Positions 37,569-47,541 of a stretch of DNA of 64,000 nt are shown one piece after another. The position numbers and the translations under genes are program-made. The DNA is from Gemmatimonadota bacterium (GTDB taxonomy: Bacteria; Gemmatimonadota; Gemmatimonadetes; Palauibacterales; Palauibacteraceae), in NCBI GenBank assembly GCA_965116475.1, contig OZ220691.1:3520001-3584000 (forward strand). Reading direction: 5' to 3'. Within the stretch, counting starts at the first letter, position 1. Every line of letters starts with the position of its first letter. The notes under the pieces are model-generated. The model searched no databases and was not told where the DNA came from. It was given only the letters and a program-made list of their open reading frames with translations.

Positions 37569-38202
37569 GGCGCCGCGAACCGTCCCCCTGAAACCCGTAC
37601 ACGAAGGTTACGCAGCCGGGCGTCGCCTGGGGGCAGTAGTAGCTCAGGATCCTCAGCTTCGCGTAGCCCCCCTCCGCCGTCCGGATCACGTACGTTTCAT
37701 CCTTCGGCTCGAGGAGGTGGGAGAAGAACCCATACCGGTACCAGCGTTCGAGTCCGGGCGTCGCGGGGCCATCTTCCAGCCCACCCTCCGTCGTCGCGTA
37801 ACCGGATGCCGGAGCCTCCGTCACGGCCTCCCACCGCGCACTCGTGGCGATGGCCCCACCGGCTCCGGGATACCCGCTCCCGCCGTTCACGACGAGGTGG
37901 TATCGGTTGAGCGCGAGATCCCAGCCCGCGAGGGGCCCGTCGATCGCGCTCCCCTTGTCGAAATCGAAGTGGACCCACCGCGACCCGTCCCGCGCATCGA
38001 CGGTGACGGTGTCCACGACGAACCGGTCCACGGGCGGGCGCGGGGCGACGGGCGTGGGAACGAAGGTGACCGGGTCGGGCCTCACGAACGAGCCGGCGAC
38101 GACGACCACGATGACCAGCAGGAACACGGCACCCGCGGCGTACAGCACAACCGGCCGGCCCCCGCCCACCGGTTCCTCGCGCCTCACCGCCCCCGGTACC
38201 AC
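37558..38202 (-). CDS. HmuY family heme-binding protein
   Basis: WDLALNRY, WYRY..FSHLLEP, YVIRTAEGGYAKLRILSYY; N-terminal anchor. Confidence 0.85.
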   Translation of the reverse strand: MVPGAVRREEPVGGGRPVVLYAAGAVFLLVIVVVVAGSFVRPDPVTFVPTPVAPRPPVDRFVVDTVTVDARDGSRWVHFDFDKGSAIDGPLAGWDLALNRYHLVVNGGSGYPGAGGAIATSARWEAVTEAPASGYATTEGGLEDGPATPGLERWYRYGFFSHLLEPKDETYVIRTAEGGYAKLRILSYYCPQATPGCVTFVYGFQGDGSRRLTD

Positions 38203-38411
38203 GGAGAGTCGTGCCGCGTGCCGCTCAGGAACCTGGCCAGGTTGGCCAGATAGTAGGCCAGCGCCGCCGCCGCGAGCGCAAAGACCACGCCGATCGCCAG
38301 CGCTCCGAGACTCCCGGCGCGCGCGAAGATCCGGAACTCCCAGGCGGCGAAGACGGCGCAGAAGACGATGGCTGTGGCGATGAGAAAGCGGTGAAACCCG
38401 ATGATCGACAT
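38184..38411 (-). CDS. Small two-TM membrane protein
   Basis: MSIIGFHRFLIATAI hydrophobic ORF overlapping the HmuY gene start. Confidence 0.65.
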   Translation of the reverse strand: MSIIGFHRFLIATAIVFCAVFAAWEFRIFARAGSLGALAIGVVFALAAAALAYYLANLARFLSGTRHDSPWYRGR

Positions 38412-38539
38412 GGGATGTTCCGATTCACGGTGGACTTCGGTCCGTCTGCCGAACATCGTACGAAAGCGGGACACGCGCCGAAACGTCGCGTCCGCCCCCT
38501 GTTGACCCTCCACCGGCCCGATTGGAGCTTCCACTCCCC

Positions 38540-39430
38540 ATGAGTTCCGGATTTCGTACCTACCACGACGTGGACGAACTGCGTTCCGATCTCCCGGATC
38601 AGATCGCGGCCGGGGACGAGCGCGTGTCGGTGCGGCTCGCCTCCGTCGCGCGCGTCATCGCCGTGATGAGCGGCAAGGGCGGCGTGGGGAAGAGCCTCGT
38701 CTCCGCCCTCCTCGCGACCGCGCTTGCCCGCCGCGGGGATCGCGTGGGCCTCGTCGACGCGGACCTGAACGGCCCCAGCGTGCCGCGCCTGCTCGGTGTC
38801 GAGCCGGGGCCTCTCGCCGAATCCCGGGACGGGTTCGCGCCGCCGTCCTCGCGCGCCGGGGTCCGCGTCATGTCGATGGCGTTCCTCGTGGAGCCGGACC
38901 GCGCCCTCACATGGCGCGAGCCCGCCGACGCCGGCTTCGTGTGGCGGGGCGCCCAGGAGCGGGGGGCGCTGCGGGAATTCCTGTCGGATGTCGCGTGGGG
39001 GGAGCTGGATGTGCTCCTCGTGGACCTTCCGCCGGGCACCCAGCGGCTCGCCGAACTCCACGCGCTCGTCCCCGGACTCGCGGGCATCCTCGCGGTCACC
39101 ATCCCGAGCGCGGCCTCCCGCGATGCCGTGGCCCGTTCGCTCGATCTCGCCCGGAGACGTGGTCTCCCCCTCCTGGGACTCGTGGAGAACCTGTCGGGGG
39201 TTCGCTGCGACGCCTGCGGAGGGCTCGCGCCTCTGCACGCCGGAGATGCCGGGGCGGAACTGGCGAAACGCTTCCAGACCCGCCTGCTCGCCCGCCTCCC
39301 CTTCGACGCGGCGCTGGGGGCCGCGGCGGATGAGGGGCGGCTCGAGCGGTGGCTGGCCGACGGGGGCGGAACCGCCGTTGCGCTCCGGAGGATGGTCGAC
39401 GCCCTTCGCGCGGCGCCCGTGACGCCATGA
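38540..39430 (+). CDS. Mrp/NBP35 (ApbC) family Fe-S carrier ATPase
   Basis: SGKGGVGKS, DADLNGPS, DLPPGT, VENLS..CDAC. Confidence 0.9.
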   Translation: MSSGFRTYHDVDELRSDLPDQIAAGDERVSVRLASVARVIAVMSGKGGVGKSLVSALLATALARRGDRVGLVDADLNGPSVPRLLGVEPGPLAESRDGFAPPSSRAGVRVMSMAFLVEPDRALTWREPADAGFVWRGAQERGALREFLSDVAWGELDVLLVDLPPGTQRLAELHALVPGLAGILAVTIPSAASRDAVARSLDLARRRGLPLLGLVENLSGVRCDACGGLAPLHAGDAGAELAKRFQTRLLARLPFDAALGAAADEGRLERWLADGGGTAVALRRMVDALRAAPVTP

Positions 39431-39870
39431 AGTTCCTCTGCGTGGACTGCGATCGGCAGATGGCCTTCGACGAGCGGGCCGTACCCGGCGACGGCACGAT
39501 GGCCGCCGTGTTCCGGTGTCCCGCCTGCGGCCGCAAGACGGCGATGCTTGCGAACCCGATGGAGACGCAACTCGTGAGTTCGCTCGGCGTGAAGGTGGGA
39601 GGCCGGACGGTACCGAACGAGAACTTCGAGGGCATTCGCGGCGGCGTGGCGGAGCCGCGCGACGAAGCCCTGTCCCAGCCCCCGTTGACGAAGCCCGGGC
39701 CTGTACGCTGGAACGTGGACGCGGTCGAGCGCCTGGGTCACGTCCCCTCCTTCGTGCGGGGGATGGTGAAGAAGATCTACAACGAATACGCCCTGGAGCG
39801 CGGGATCGAGGAGATGACGCCCGCCGTCATGGACCGGGCCCGGTCCGATCTCGGGCTGGAAGGGATGTAG
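39427..39870 (+). CDS. Zinc-ribbon plus PCP_red-domain protein
   Basis: CVDC...CPAC; C-terminal WNVDAVERLGHVPSFVRGMVKK...MTPAVMDRA. Confidence 0.8.
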   Translation: MKFLCVDCDRQMAFDERAVPGDGTMAAVFRCPACGRKTAMLANPMETQLVSSLGVKVGGRTVPNENFEGIRGGVAEPRDEALSQPPLTKPGPVRWNVDAVERLGHVPSFVRGMVKKIYNEYALERGIEEMTPAVMDRARSDLGLEGM

Positions 39871-39876
39871 GGGGCC

Positions 39877-40167
39877 GTGACGGACGGCGGTGAACGCGTG
39901 GGAGACCCGGGGGAAGGGATGGAGGTTCCGGACCCGTCCGTGGAGCGCGAGGTCCACGGACTCCGCGCCGTCATCGACCGCGACCTGTGCGTCGGCTTCG
40001 GAGACTGCATCGAGGAAGCGCCGGAGGCCTTCGATCTGGACGAGGATGGGGTGGCCGTGTTCACCGCACCGGAGCATGCCTCGCGCAAGCGTTTCGTCGA
40101 GGCGTGCGCGTCCTGCCCGGTCGATGCGATTACCGTCCTCGAAGATGGGATTGAGATCGTTCCGTGA
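39877..40167 (+). CDS. Monocluster ferredoxin, likely 3Fe-4S (start may be ATG 39919)
   Basis: DRDLCVGFGDC...APEAF...CPVDAI. Confidence 0.85.
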   Translation: MTDGGERVGDPGEGMEVPDPSVEREVHGLRAVIDRDLCVGFGDCIEEAPEAFDLDEDGVAVFTAPEHASRKRFVEACASCPVDAITVLEDGIEIVP

Positions 40168-41111
40168 ACGCCGGCTCCGGGCCGAAGCCGCCGCTGGTCA
40201 CGGCGGAGGCGGTCTCCTGGGGCTACCCCGACGGGAGCCCGGCCCTCCGCGATCTCTCGCTCGAAGTCCGGCAGGGAGAACGCCTCGCGCTGCTCGGCCC
40301 GAACGGATCCGGCAAGTCGACCTTCCTCCGCCTCCTCGGCGGCGACGGCGCCCCGGGGATTCGCCGGGACCCCACCGTCGACGATGCCCGACAGCGCTGG
40401 CTCGCCCCCGATCGGCCCGCCCTCCGCACATGGCTCAGCGGGCGCGAGAATGCGGCCGTCCTCCTCGAACTCCACGGCGCCGGACCCGGTGAGGCCCGCG
40501 CCACGGCGGACGCGTGGCTCGCGCGCTTCGGGCTCGAGGCGGACGCGGACCGCCCCGCCGGCGCCTATTCGAGCGGCATGCGGAGGCGGCTTGCCCTCGC
40601 GACCGCATTCGGGGTCGCGGCCCCGCTCCTCCTTCTCGACGAACCGCTGGCCGGGCTCGACCCCGCCGGCCGGGCCGTCTTCGCCGAGGCCCTCGCCGAC
40701 CACCGCGCCGCGGGTGGGACCGCGGTGCTATCCGCCCATGATCCGGCCTTCGCGGCGGCGCACTGCGACCGCGTCGCATTCATCGTCGACGGCCGGTGCG
40801 CCGTCGCCGACACCCCGGCGCGGCTCCTGGAGCGCGTCGGCGTCCGTCCGCGCGTGGAGATCCGGTTTGCCGCCGGACAGAGTCCCGATCCGGACACCCT
40901 CGGCCCCGCCCCGGAGGAGGTGCGCACGACGACCCGGGACGAGAGCACCGTGATCCTCGAGGTCGAGGATCCGAGCCGGGCCCTCCCCGAGACGCTGGCC
41001 TGGGTGCTGCGCGGCGGCGCCTCCGTCGCCTCCGTCGACGTCCGGGAACCGGATCTCGCGGACGCCTTCGCGCTGCTCACGGGCCGACGCCTGAAAGAGC
41101 GCGTCCGGTGA
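40164..41111 (+). CDS. ABC transporter ATP-binding protein (exporter type)
   Basis: GPNGSGKS, YSSGMRRR, LLLDEP. Confidence 0.88.
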   Translation: MNAGSGPKPPLVTAEAVSWGYPDGSPALRDLSLEVRQGERLALLGPNGSGKSTFLRLLGGDGAPGIRRDPTVDDARQRWLAPDRPALRTWLSGRENAAVLLELHGAGPGEARATADAWLARFGLEADADRPAGAYSSGMRRRLALATAFGVAAPLLLLDEPLAGLDPAGRAVFAEALADHRAAGGTAVLSAHDPAFAAAHCDRVAFIVDGRCAVADTPARLLERVGVRPRVEIRFAAGQSPDPDTLGPAPEEVRTTTRDESTVILEVEDPSRALPETLAWVLRGGASVASVDVREPDLADAFALLTGRRLKERVR

Positions 41112-41815
41112 CGATCGGGCGTCTGGCGTGGCGCTCGGCCCTCCGACGGCGGCGGTTGTTCCTGTGGAACGTCGCCGTCCCCCTCCTCCTCCTCACGCCC
41201 GTCGCCCTCAGCGCCGCCGCGGCGCCCCACCGGGTCGCCGTCTTCGGCGTATTCATCGTCTTCTTCGGGGCCTTCGGCTCCTCCATCCCCGCCGTGCGCG
41301 ACGCCCGCGACGGCTGGCTCGATGAGATCCTCCGCACCGGTTACTCCGCGCCCCGCTGGCTCCTCGAGCGCACGCTCGCCGGCACGACGCTTGACGCCCT
41401 CCAGCTCGCGCCCGCGCTTCTCGTGCTCCTGTGGTCGTCCGGCGGCGCCGGCGCGGCCCCCGCCGTGCTCCTGTCCGTCCTCGCGACGCTGTGGTTCGCG
41501 AACCTGCTCGGTCCGCTCGTGGCCGCTGCGGTGCGTTCGCTCGCCGAAGCGGCCCTCGCCTCCGCGGCGCTTTCCCTCCTTCTCCTGCACTTCGCGGGCT
41601 TCTTCCGGACCCCCGGTCCGGGCTGGACCTCCCTCGTCGCCGAGTGGAACCCGTACACGCCGCTTCGGGCCGCGCTCACGGCGGGCACGGGCGGGATGCC
41701 CATGGACGCTTCGGTCTGGCTGCGCAGCCTTCTCGTCGCGGCCGGTCTCACCTTCGGAGCCGCCGTTTTCGCCTCGGATTGGACCCGCCGCCTCCGCTGG
41801 CCGAGGACGCCGTAG
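41108..41815 (+). CDS. ABC-2 type permease
   Basis: ~6 TM helices; GTGA-type overlap with the ATPase; WNPYT. Confidence 0.7.
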   Translation: MTIGRLAWRSALRRRRLFLWNVAVPLLLLTPVALSAAAAPHRVAVFGVFIVFFGAFGSSIPAVRDARDGWLDEILRTGYSAPRWLLERTLAGTTLDALQLAPALLVLLWSSGGAGAAPAVLLSVLATLWFANLLGPLVAAAVRSLAEAALASAALSLLLLHFAGFFRTPGPGWTSLVAEWNPYTPLRAALTAGTGGMPMDASVWLRSLLVAAGLTFGAAVFASDWTRRLRWPRTP

Positions 41816-41868
41816 GGTGGTGTCTCGGAGGTCCCCGGCTATTCGAGCGCCGATGCCTCCGTCCCCGT

Positions 41869-41897
41869 TTGACTTTCCCTATGGGCAGCCGCACCTT
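41869..41897 (+). promoter_or_regulatory. Possible sigma70-type promoter for the USP-to-cytochrome operon
   Basis: TTGACT-N17-CACCTT in the 260-bp intergenic gap. Confidence 0.3.
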
Positions 41898-42074
41898 CTT
41901 GGCGCATAAGCGGGGTTCCGGACCTTCCGGCAGCCCCGAAAACCGTGGACCAGCGTCGCCGAATTCCTCGTCCGTGGCCGATTTGCGCGGGCTGCGTACA
42001 TCCGGGCTTCGCACCCGGGCGAGGTTGGTGCGAGCAGCGTGAACCGGCCGCAGCAAGCCGTCCAGCGGAGCGCC

Positions 42075-44363
42075 ATGTATCGAGAGGTATTCGTCCCGGT
42101 CGATAACTCGCGCGAGTCGGACTGGGCCGTGGACCGAGCCATCGAACTTTGCGCTCGCTCCGGTGGCCGCATCACCGGCTCCCACGTCTACGCCGCACGC
42201 CTCCACGACATCCGGTTCCGCCAGCTCGAGATCGGGCTCCCGGCCCAGTTCCAGGAGCCGGCGGAAATTCGCAGACAACGCAAGATCCACGACAAGCTGA
42301 TCGAGAAGGGGCTTCAGCTCATCTCCGACAGCTTCCTCGACCAGCTCCACCGCCGTTGCGCCGAAGCCGGGGTGACCCTCACGCGGCAGCTCCTCGAGGG
42401 CATCAACTACGAGGAGATCATCAACGAGGCGAACCGCGGCGGCGGGCGCCTCCCGAGCCTCATCGGCTTCGATCCCAACATCGCCCACAACTACGACGGC
42501 AGCGAGAAGCAGCGCACGGACGTCAAGCTGGGCGAGGACGGCCGCCTGCTCGCCGAAGACGAAGAGCAGGAGGAAAAGCTCGCCGGCACCTCCGGCCGCG
42601 ACTACGACCTCGTCACCATCGGCGCCCACGGCCTCGGGCGGCAGGAGCGGAGCCGCCTCGGCGGCGTCGTGGCGCGCGCGCTGCGCGGGATCGAGAAGGA
42701 CGCGCTCATCATCCGCGACGACCGGCCGCTGGAGGGCGGAAAGTGGCTCGTCGGCGTGGACGGCTCGGCCTACGCCTACAAGGGCCTGCGGATCGCGCTC
42801 GACATGGCCCGCGAATACGGCGCCAAGGTCTACATCGCGAGCGCCTTCGACGTGCAGTACCACCACGTCGTCTTCCACAACATCAAGGACGTGCTCTCGG
42901 TCCAGGCCTCGAAGGTGTTCAAGTTCGAGGAACAGGAAGAGCTCCACAACAACATCATCGACAAGGGCCTGCTCCGCCTCTGCAAGGCGAACATCAAGCG
43001 GGCGGAGGTGATGGCGAGCGAGTATCCCGAGGTCGAGATCGAGACCCAGGTGCTCATCGGGAAGCCCTTCGACGCGCTCCTGAAGTGGGCCGACGAGATC
43101 GACCCTTCGCTGCTCGTCGTGGCCCGCCACGGCTCGCACCGCATCGAGGGCACGGACATCGGCTCGCAGGCCGACAACCTCGTCTCCCTCGCCGACACGA
43201 ACATCCTGCTCATCGGGACGGGGAACGTCCGGCCCGAGGAGATCCCCTGGATCGAGGAGGATGGCGAAGCCGGGCTCGAGTGGGCGCCCGAAGCGGAGGT
43301 GAGGATCCTGCGCGTGCCGCCGTTCGCGCTGGGGATCGCGCGCAAGGCCGTCGAGGAGTTCGTCCTCGAGCACTACGGCCCGGGGAGCCGTTACGCGGCC
43401 GCCTTCGTACCAAACCCGAAGGATGAGAAGCAGTACCGGACCTCCCGGCCGGCGGACGGAAACGCTGCGGACGGAAACGCTGCGGACGGCAAAGCCGCGA
43501 CCGGCAACGGGGCCAACGGCACGGCGCAGGTGGCGCGCGACGCCCTCGAGACCGGCGCGGCCCCGTCGATCGCCGAGGTCGGACAGGCCGCCAACGGGCG
43601 CGCCAACGGAGAGAAGGCCGAACTCTGGAACCGCGACCAGTTGCCCGTCGTGACCAACGAACGCCTCGACGAGGCGATCAAGAAGCTCCTTCCGACCCAC
43701 ATGCAGCTCGTGATGGGGATCGGCGATGCGGAGGAACTCGCTCTCGCCGAGGTGAAGGCGGACGAGGCGATGAAGCGGACCGTCGTGGAGACGAGCGACG
43801 CCGACGCCTTCGAGGCCCCGCTCCCCGTCATGGCGAAGTGCCCGGTGACGGACAACCAGATCCCTCGCGACCGCACGGCCGCCGACCCGATCGTCTGGAC
43901 GCACGAGGCGTTCGACCGGCTGGGCCGCGTGCCGCTCATCGCCCGCCCCCTCGCGCGCAACACCGTGGAGCGCTTCGCCCGCGACCAGGGCATGTGGCGC
44001 GTGACGACGCTCGTGATGGATGAGAACAAGGACGCGATGATCGCGGCCGACGAGTTCGACCTCGACACGATGCTCGTGATGTTCAACGAGTTGAAGGCGA
44101 AGCAGGCCCGGGCCGAAGCCGCCGGCGTCGACGGCATGAGCGAGGAGATGAAGCGCTTCATCGAGGAGGCCAAGGCCTCGGGCGTGACGCGCTGTCCGAT
44201 CCGCGACATCGAGCAGCAGGCGGACGACTGTCCCGTCGACTTCAAGATGGTCTCGCCCGACGACGCCCGCGCGGCGGTAGAGAAGTTCGCGCGCACGGAA
44301 CTGGGAGACGAGACGGGAGCGGACACCCCTCCCGCTTCGGAGCAGGGATCTCCCGCGAAGTGA
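42075..44363 (+). CDS. Universal stress protein (two USP domains) with two PCP_red-like domains
   Basis: VFVPVDNS, LVTIGAHG, LVGVDGS, LLVVARHG; WAPEAE...VPPF and WTHEAF...VPLI segments. Confidence 0.85.
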   Translation: MYREVFVPVDNSRESDWAVDRAIELCARSGGRITGSHVYAARLHDIRFRQLEIGLPAQFQEPAEIRRQRKIHDKLIEKGLQLISDSFLDQLHRRCAEAGVTLTRQLLEGINYEEIINEANRGGGRLPSLIGFDPNIAHNYDGSEKQRTDVKLGEDGRLLAEDEEQEEKLAGTSGRDYDLVTIGAHGLGRQERSRLGGVVARALRGIEKDALIIRDDRPLEGGKWLVGVDGSAYAYKGLRIALDMAREYGAKVYIASAFDVQYHHVVFHNIKDVLSVQASKVFKFEEQEELHNNIIDKGLLRLCKANIKRAEVMASEYPEVEIETQVLIGKPFDALLKWADEIDPSLLVVARHGSHRIEGTDIGSQADNLVSLADTNILLIGTGNVRPEEIPWIEEDGEAGLEWAPEAEVRILRVPPFALGIARKAVEEFVLEHYGPGSRYAAAFVPNPKDEKQYRTSRPADGNAADGNAADGKAATGNGANGTAQVARDALETGAAPSIAEVGQAANGRANGEKAELWNRDQLPVVTNERLDEAIKKLLPTHMQLVMGIGDAEELALAEVKADEAMKRTVVETSDADAFEAPLPVMAKCPVTDNQIPRDRTAADPIVWTHEAFDRLGRVPLIARPLARNTVERFARDQGMWRVTTLVMDENKDAMIAADEFDLDTMLVMFNELKAKQARAEAAGVDGMSEEMKRFIEEAKASGVTRCPIRDIEQQADDCPVDFKMVSPDDARAAVEKFARTELGDETGADTPPASEQGSPAK
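43452..43496 (+). repeat. 15-bp in-frame tandem repeat x3 (ADGNA ADGNA ADGKA)
   Basis: GCGGACGGAAACGCT x2 plus a degenerate third copy. Confidence 0.85.
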
Positions 44364-45772
44364 CCGGGGCCCCGCTGGCCGCGGAAGCTGTCGCGAACCG
44401 GAGCCCCGCCGTGCCCGGTCCACTCTGGGACGGCGCCCCCGCCGCCGCCTCTCCGCGGGCCGAACCCGATGTCGCCATCCCGCACGTCGTCGCCTGGAAC
44501 CTGACGCGCCGCTGCAACCTCGCCTGCGCCCATTGCTACATCTCCGCCGGGTCGTGGCACGCGGCCGCGGAGGAACTCGATACCGCGGCCTGCTTCCGCG
44601 TCATCGATCAGATCCTCGAAACGAGCCCGTCGCCGCTCCTCATCCTCAGCGGGGGGGAGCCCCTCGTGCGCTCCGACCTCGAGGAGATCGCGGCCTACGC
44701 CTCGGGGCGCGGCGCCACGGTGACGGTGGGCACGAACGGCACCGGGCTCACCGATGAACGCATCGCGTCGCTGAAGGCGGCCGGCGTCCAGGGCGTCGCC
44801 CTCAGCGTCGACTCCCTCGATCCGCGCTATCACGACCGCTTCCGGCACGGGGAGGGCGCGCTCGAAGACACGCTCGCCGCGGTCGACCGGCTGGCCGAGC
44901 ACCGCCTCGACTTCCTCATCCAGTTCACGGTCACGCGCGGGAACCGGGATGAACTCGACGCCATGGCCGCCTGGGCGGATGCGAAGGGCGCCGTCTGTCT
45001 CAACGTCTACTTCCTCGTCGAGACGGGGCGGGGCGAGGGGATGCGCGGCCTCGCCCCCGCGGAGAACGACGAACTCGTGGCCCGGCTGGCCGAACTCCAG
45101 CGCGACTACCGCGGGCGGCTCATGATCCGCTCCAAGTGCCAGCCCCAACTCATGCGACACGTGTACGAGCGTGATCCCGACTCTCCGCTCCTGAACTACC
45201 GCACGCGCTGCCCCTGCGGCGTCCAGTACTGCCGCATCACGCCCGAGGGCAAGGTGACGCCGTGCCCGTACATGCCGGAGGTGGCCGGCGACCTCTCCGA
45301 CGCCTCCTTCGGCGAGATCTGGCGCGAGGCGACCGTCTTCCGCCTGCTGCGCGACGGCGAACCGGGCGGGAAGTGCGGGCGCTGCGAGTACCGCGCGCTG
45401 TGCGGCGGGTGCCGCGCCCGCGCCTACGCGGTGGACGGAGACCTGCTCGGTCCCGATCCTTCCTGCGCCTACGAGCCGGCGCCCGGCGTCGCGGATGCGA
45501 TCGAGCCCAGCCGGCCCGTCACGTACGGCTCGGCGGCCGAACAGGAGCTTCCGTGGAGCCCGGAGGCCGATGCCCGGCTCAACGCCATTCCCAGCTTCGT
45601 GCGCGGCGTGGTCGCACAGCGGGTGGAGAAGTTCGCGCGCGCGCGCGGCCATGCCCAGGTGACGCTCGACACGATGACCGAGGTCCGCCGCGCCATGCCG
45701 GTGGACTTTTCGAAACGGATGCCCTTCTTCGCCCGGAGTCGGCGGAGCGCGGGACGGGGGGATAAGCGATGA
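44360..45772 (+). CDS. NirJ/AhbCD-like radical SAM-SPASM protein with C-terminal PCP_red domain
   Basis: WNLTRRCNLACAHC, LSGGEPL, SPASM CPCG..C..PC..KCGRC..LCGGCRARAY. Confidence 0.88.
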   Translation: MTGAPLAAEAVANRSPAVPGPLWDGAPAAASPRAEPDVAIPHVVAWNLTRRCNLACAHCYISAGSWHAAAEELDTAACFRVIDQILETSPSPLLILSGGEPLVRSDLEEIAAYASGRGATVTVGTNGTGLTDERIASLKAAGVQGVALSVDSLDPRYHDRFRHGEGALEDTLAAVDRLAEHRLDFLIQFTVTRGNRDELDAMAAWADAKGAVCLNVYFLVETGRGEGMRGLAPAENDELVARLAELQRDYRGRLMIRSKCQPQLMRHVYERDPDSPLLNYRTRCPCGVQYCRITPEGKVTPCPYMPEVAGDLSDASFGEIWREATVFRLLRDGEPGGKCGRCEYRALCGGCRARAYAVDGDLLGPDPSCAYEPAPGVADAIEPSRPVTYGSAAEQELPWSPEADARLNAIPSFVRGVVAQRVEKFARARGHAQVTLDTMTEVRRAMPVDFSKRMPFFARSRRSAGRGDKR

Positions 45773-47541
45773 AGCGCTGGTTGACCCGTGGCGTCGCCAC
45801 CCGCGGCGTGCTGCTCGCCGCCCTCGCACTGGCGGTCGCCCTCCCGCTCCTCGCGCAGGTGCCGGGGCCCGACTACGGCGAGTTCAACTTCCTCGGGCTC
45901 GACCGCCGCGGCGCGGTCTGGATCGCGGCCCAGCTCCACCTGCTGTTCGCGGCCTTCGTGCTCGGCGTGCCGATGTTCGCGGTCGTCATCGAGGCGATCG
46001 GGATGTTCGGCGGGGATGAGAAGTACGACAAGCTCGCCAAGGAATTCACCCGCCTCCTGCTCGTGGCCTACAGCGCGACCGCGATCTGGGGCGCGATCCT
46101 CGTCTTCTTCCTCTCGACGCTCTACCCCCGCTTCTGGGCCTACCTGACGGCGATCTTCGCGCCGTCGATGTGGGTGTACGCGGGCCTCTTCTTCCTCGAA
46201 TCGTTCACGCTCTACCTCTACTACTACGGGTGGGACGCGTGGAAGAAGGGCGCGGCGAAGAAGGCCCACTGGTGCCTGGGGATCATGCTCAACGTCTGGG
46301 GCACGATCGTCATGTTCATCGCGAACGGGTGGCTCACCTACATGATGAGCCCGCCCGAGGGACTCACGGCCGACACGGCCCCGCAGACCGTCCAGCTGTG
46401 GAGCGCGATCAACAACGCGACCTGGATGCCGATCAACATCCATCGGCTGTTGGCGAACGTGGTGTTCGGCGGCGCGGTGGTCGGCGCCTACGCGGCGTAC
46501 CGCTTCCTCACGAGCAAGACCGACGAGGAGCGCGCGCACTACGACTGGATGGGCTACACCGGCAACCTGATCGCGATCGGCGCGCTCATCGTCCTCCCCT
46601 TCGCCGGCTACTGGCTCGGGCGGGAGATCTACGAGTTCAGCCAGCAGATGGGCATCACGATGATGGGCGGCTTCATGAGCTGGCTCTGGATCATCCAGGC
46701 CTTCCTCATCGGCATCCTCTTCCTCGCGGGCAACTACTACCTGTGGATCGGCATGGGACGGATCCCCGGGGCGGAACGGTTCCAGCCCTACATCAAGTGG
46801 ATGCTGCTCGTGCTGGTCCTCGGGGTCATCGTGTGGGCCACGCCGAACACGATGATCGCGGATCGCGATGAGATCGCGGCCATGGGAGGGATCCGGCACC
46901 CGTTCCTGCAGGTGCTCGGGGTGATGAGCGCGAAGAACACGGCCGTCAACCTCATGATCCTGACGACGTTCCTCTCCTTCCTCATGTACCGGAGGGCGAA
47001 CAAGGATCCCGTGGTGCCGTGGGCCCGCGCGGGGACGATGCTGCAGGGCGCGGCCTTCGCGCTGTGCGCCGTCATCGTCGTGTTCTACGGCGTGTACGGC
47101 TACTTCGTGACCGCGATCGTGCGGATCGGCTTCTCCGTCTACCAGGTGCTCGCGGTTCTGGCGACGATCCTGTTCGTCATCGGGATCGACATGGCGATGC
47201 TGCGGGGCGCCAGATCCCGGGGCGAGATCCGGTGGGGGCGGATGCCGGACCGGTCGCAGTACGCGCTGCTCATCCTCGCCGTCACGTTTACGTGGCTCAT
47301 GGGGCTGATGGGCTTCGCGCGCAGCGGGATCCGGCAGCACTGGCACGTCTACGAAGTGATCCGTGACACGAGCGAGCAGGCGTTCACGCCGGCGCTCGGG
47401 CCCGCGGCGACGATCATCAGCATCTGCGTGCTCATCTTCTTCGCGCTCGTCGGCCTCATATTCTGGCTCGGCGGCCTGGCCGAACGCTCCGTCTACCAGG
47501 AAGCCGAGGCGAAGGTGAAGGCCGGGCAGGAGGGGCGATGA
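45769..47541 (+). CDS. Cytochrome bd-like oxidase subunit I homolog (no subunit II in window)
   Basis: QLHLLF (His), FFLES, ANGWLTYMMSP, IHRLLAN (His), GIRQHW. Confidence 0.8.
   Translation: MKRWLTRGVATRGVLLAALALAVALPLLAQVPGPDYGEFNFLGLDRRGAVWIAAQLHLLFAAFVLGVPMFAVVIEAIGMFGGDEKYDKLAKEFTRLLLVAYSATAIWGAILVFFLSTLYPRFWAYLTAIFAPSMWVYAGLFFLESFTLYLYYYGWDAWKKGAAKKAHWCLGIMLNVWGTIVMFIANGWLTYMMSPPEGLTADTAPQTVQLWSAINNATWMPINIHRLLANVVFGGAVVGAYAAYRFLTSKTDEERAHYDWMGYTGNLIAIGALIVLPFAGYWLGREIYEFSQQMGITMMGGFMSWLWIIQAFLIGILFLAGNYYLWIGMGRIPGAERFQPYIKWMLLVLVLGVIVWATPNTMIADRDEIAAMGGIRHPFLQVLGVMSAKNTAVNLMILTTFLSFLMYRRANKDPVVPWARAGTMLQGAAFALCAVIVVFYGVYGYFVTAIVRIGFSVYQVLAVLATILFVIGIDMAMLRGARSRGEIRWGRMPDRSQYALLILAVTFTWLMGLMGFARSGIRQHWHVYEVIRDTSEQAFTPALGPAATIISICVLIFFALVGLIFWLGGLAERSVYQEAEAKVKAGQEGR

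Noticed and set aside
39427..45772. Photosynthesis (DPOR) genes
   Set aside because: Only the small PCP_red-like domain is present; no BchN/BchB catalytic or BchL sequences
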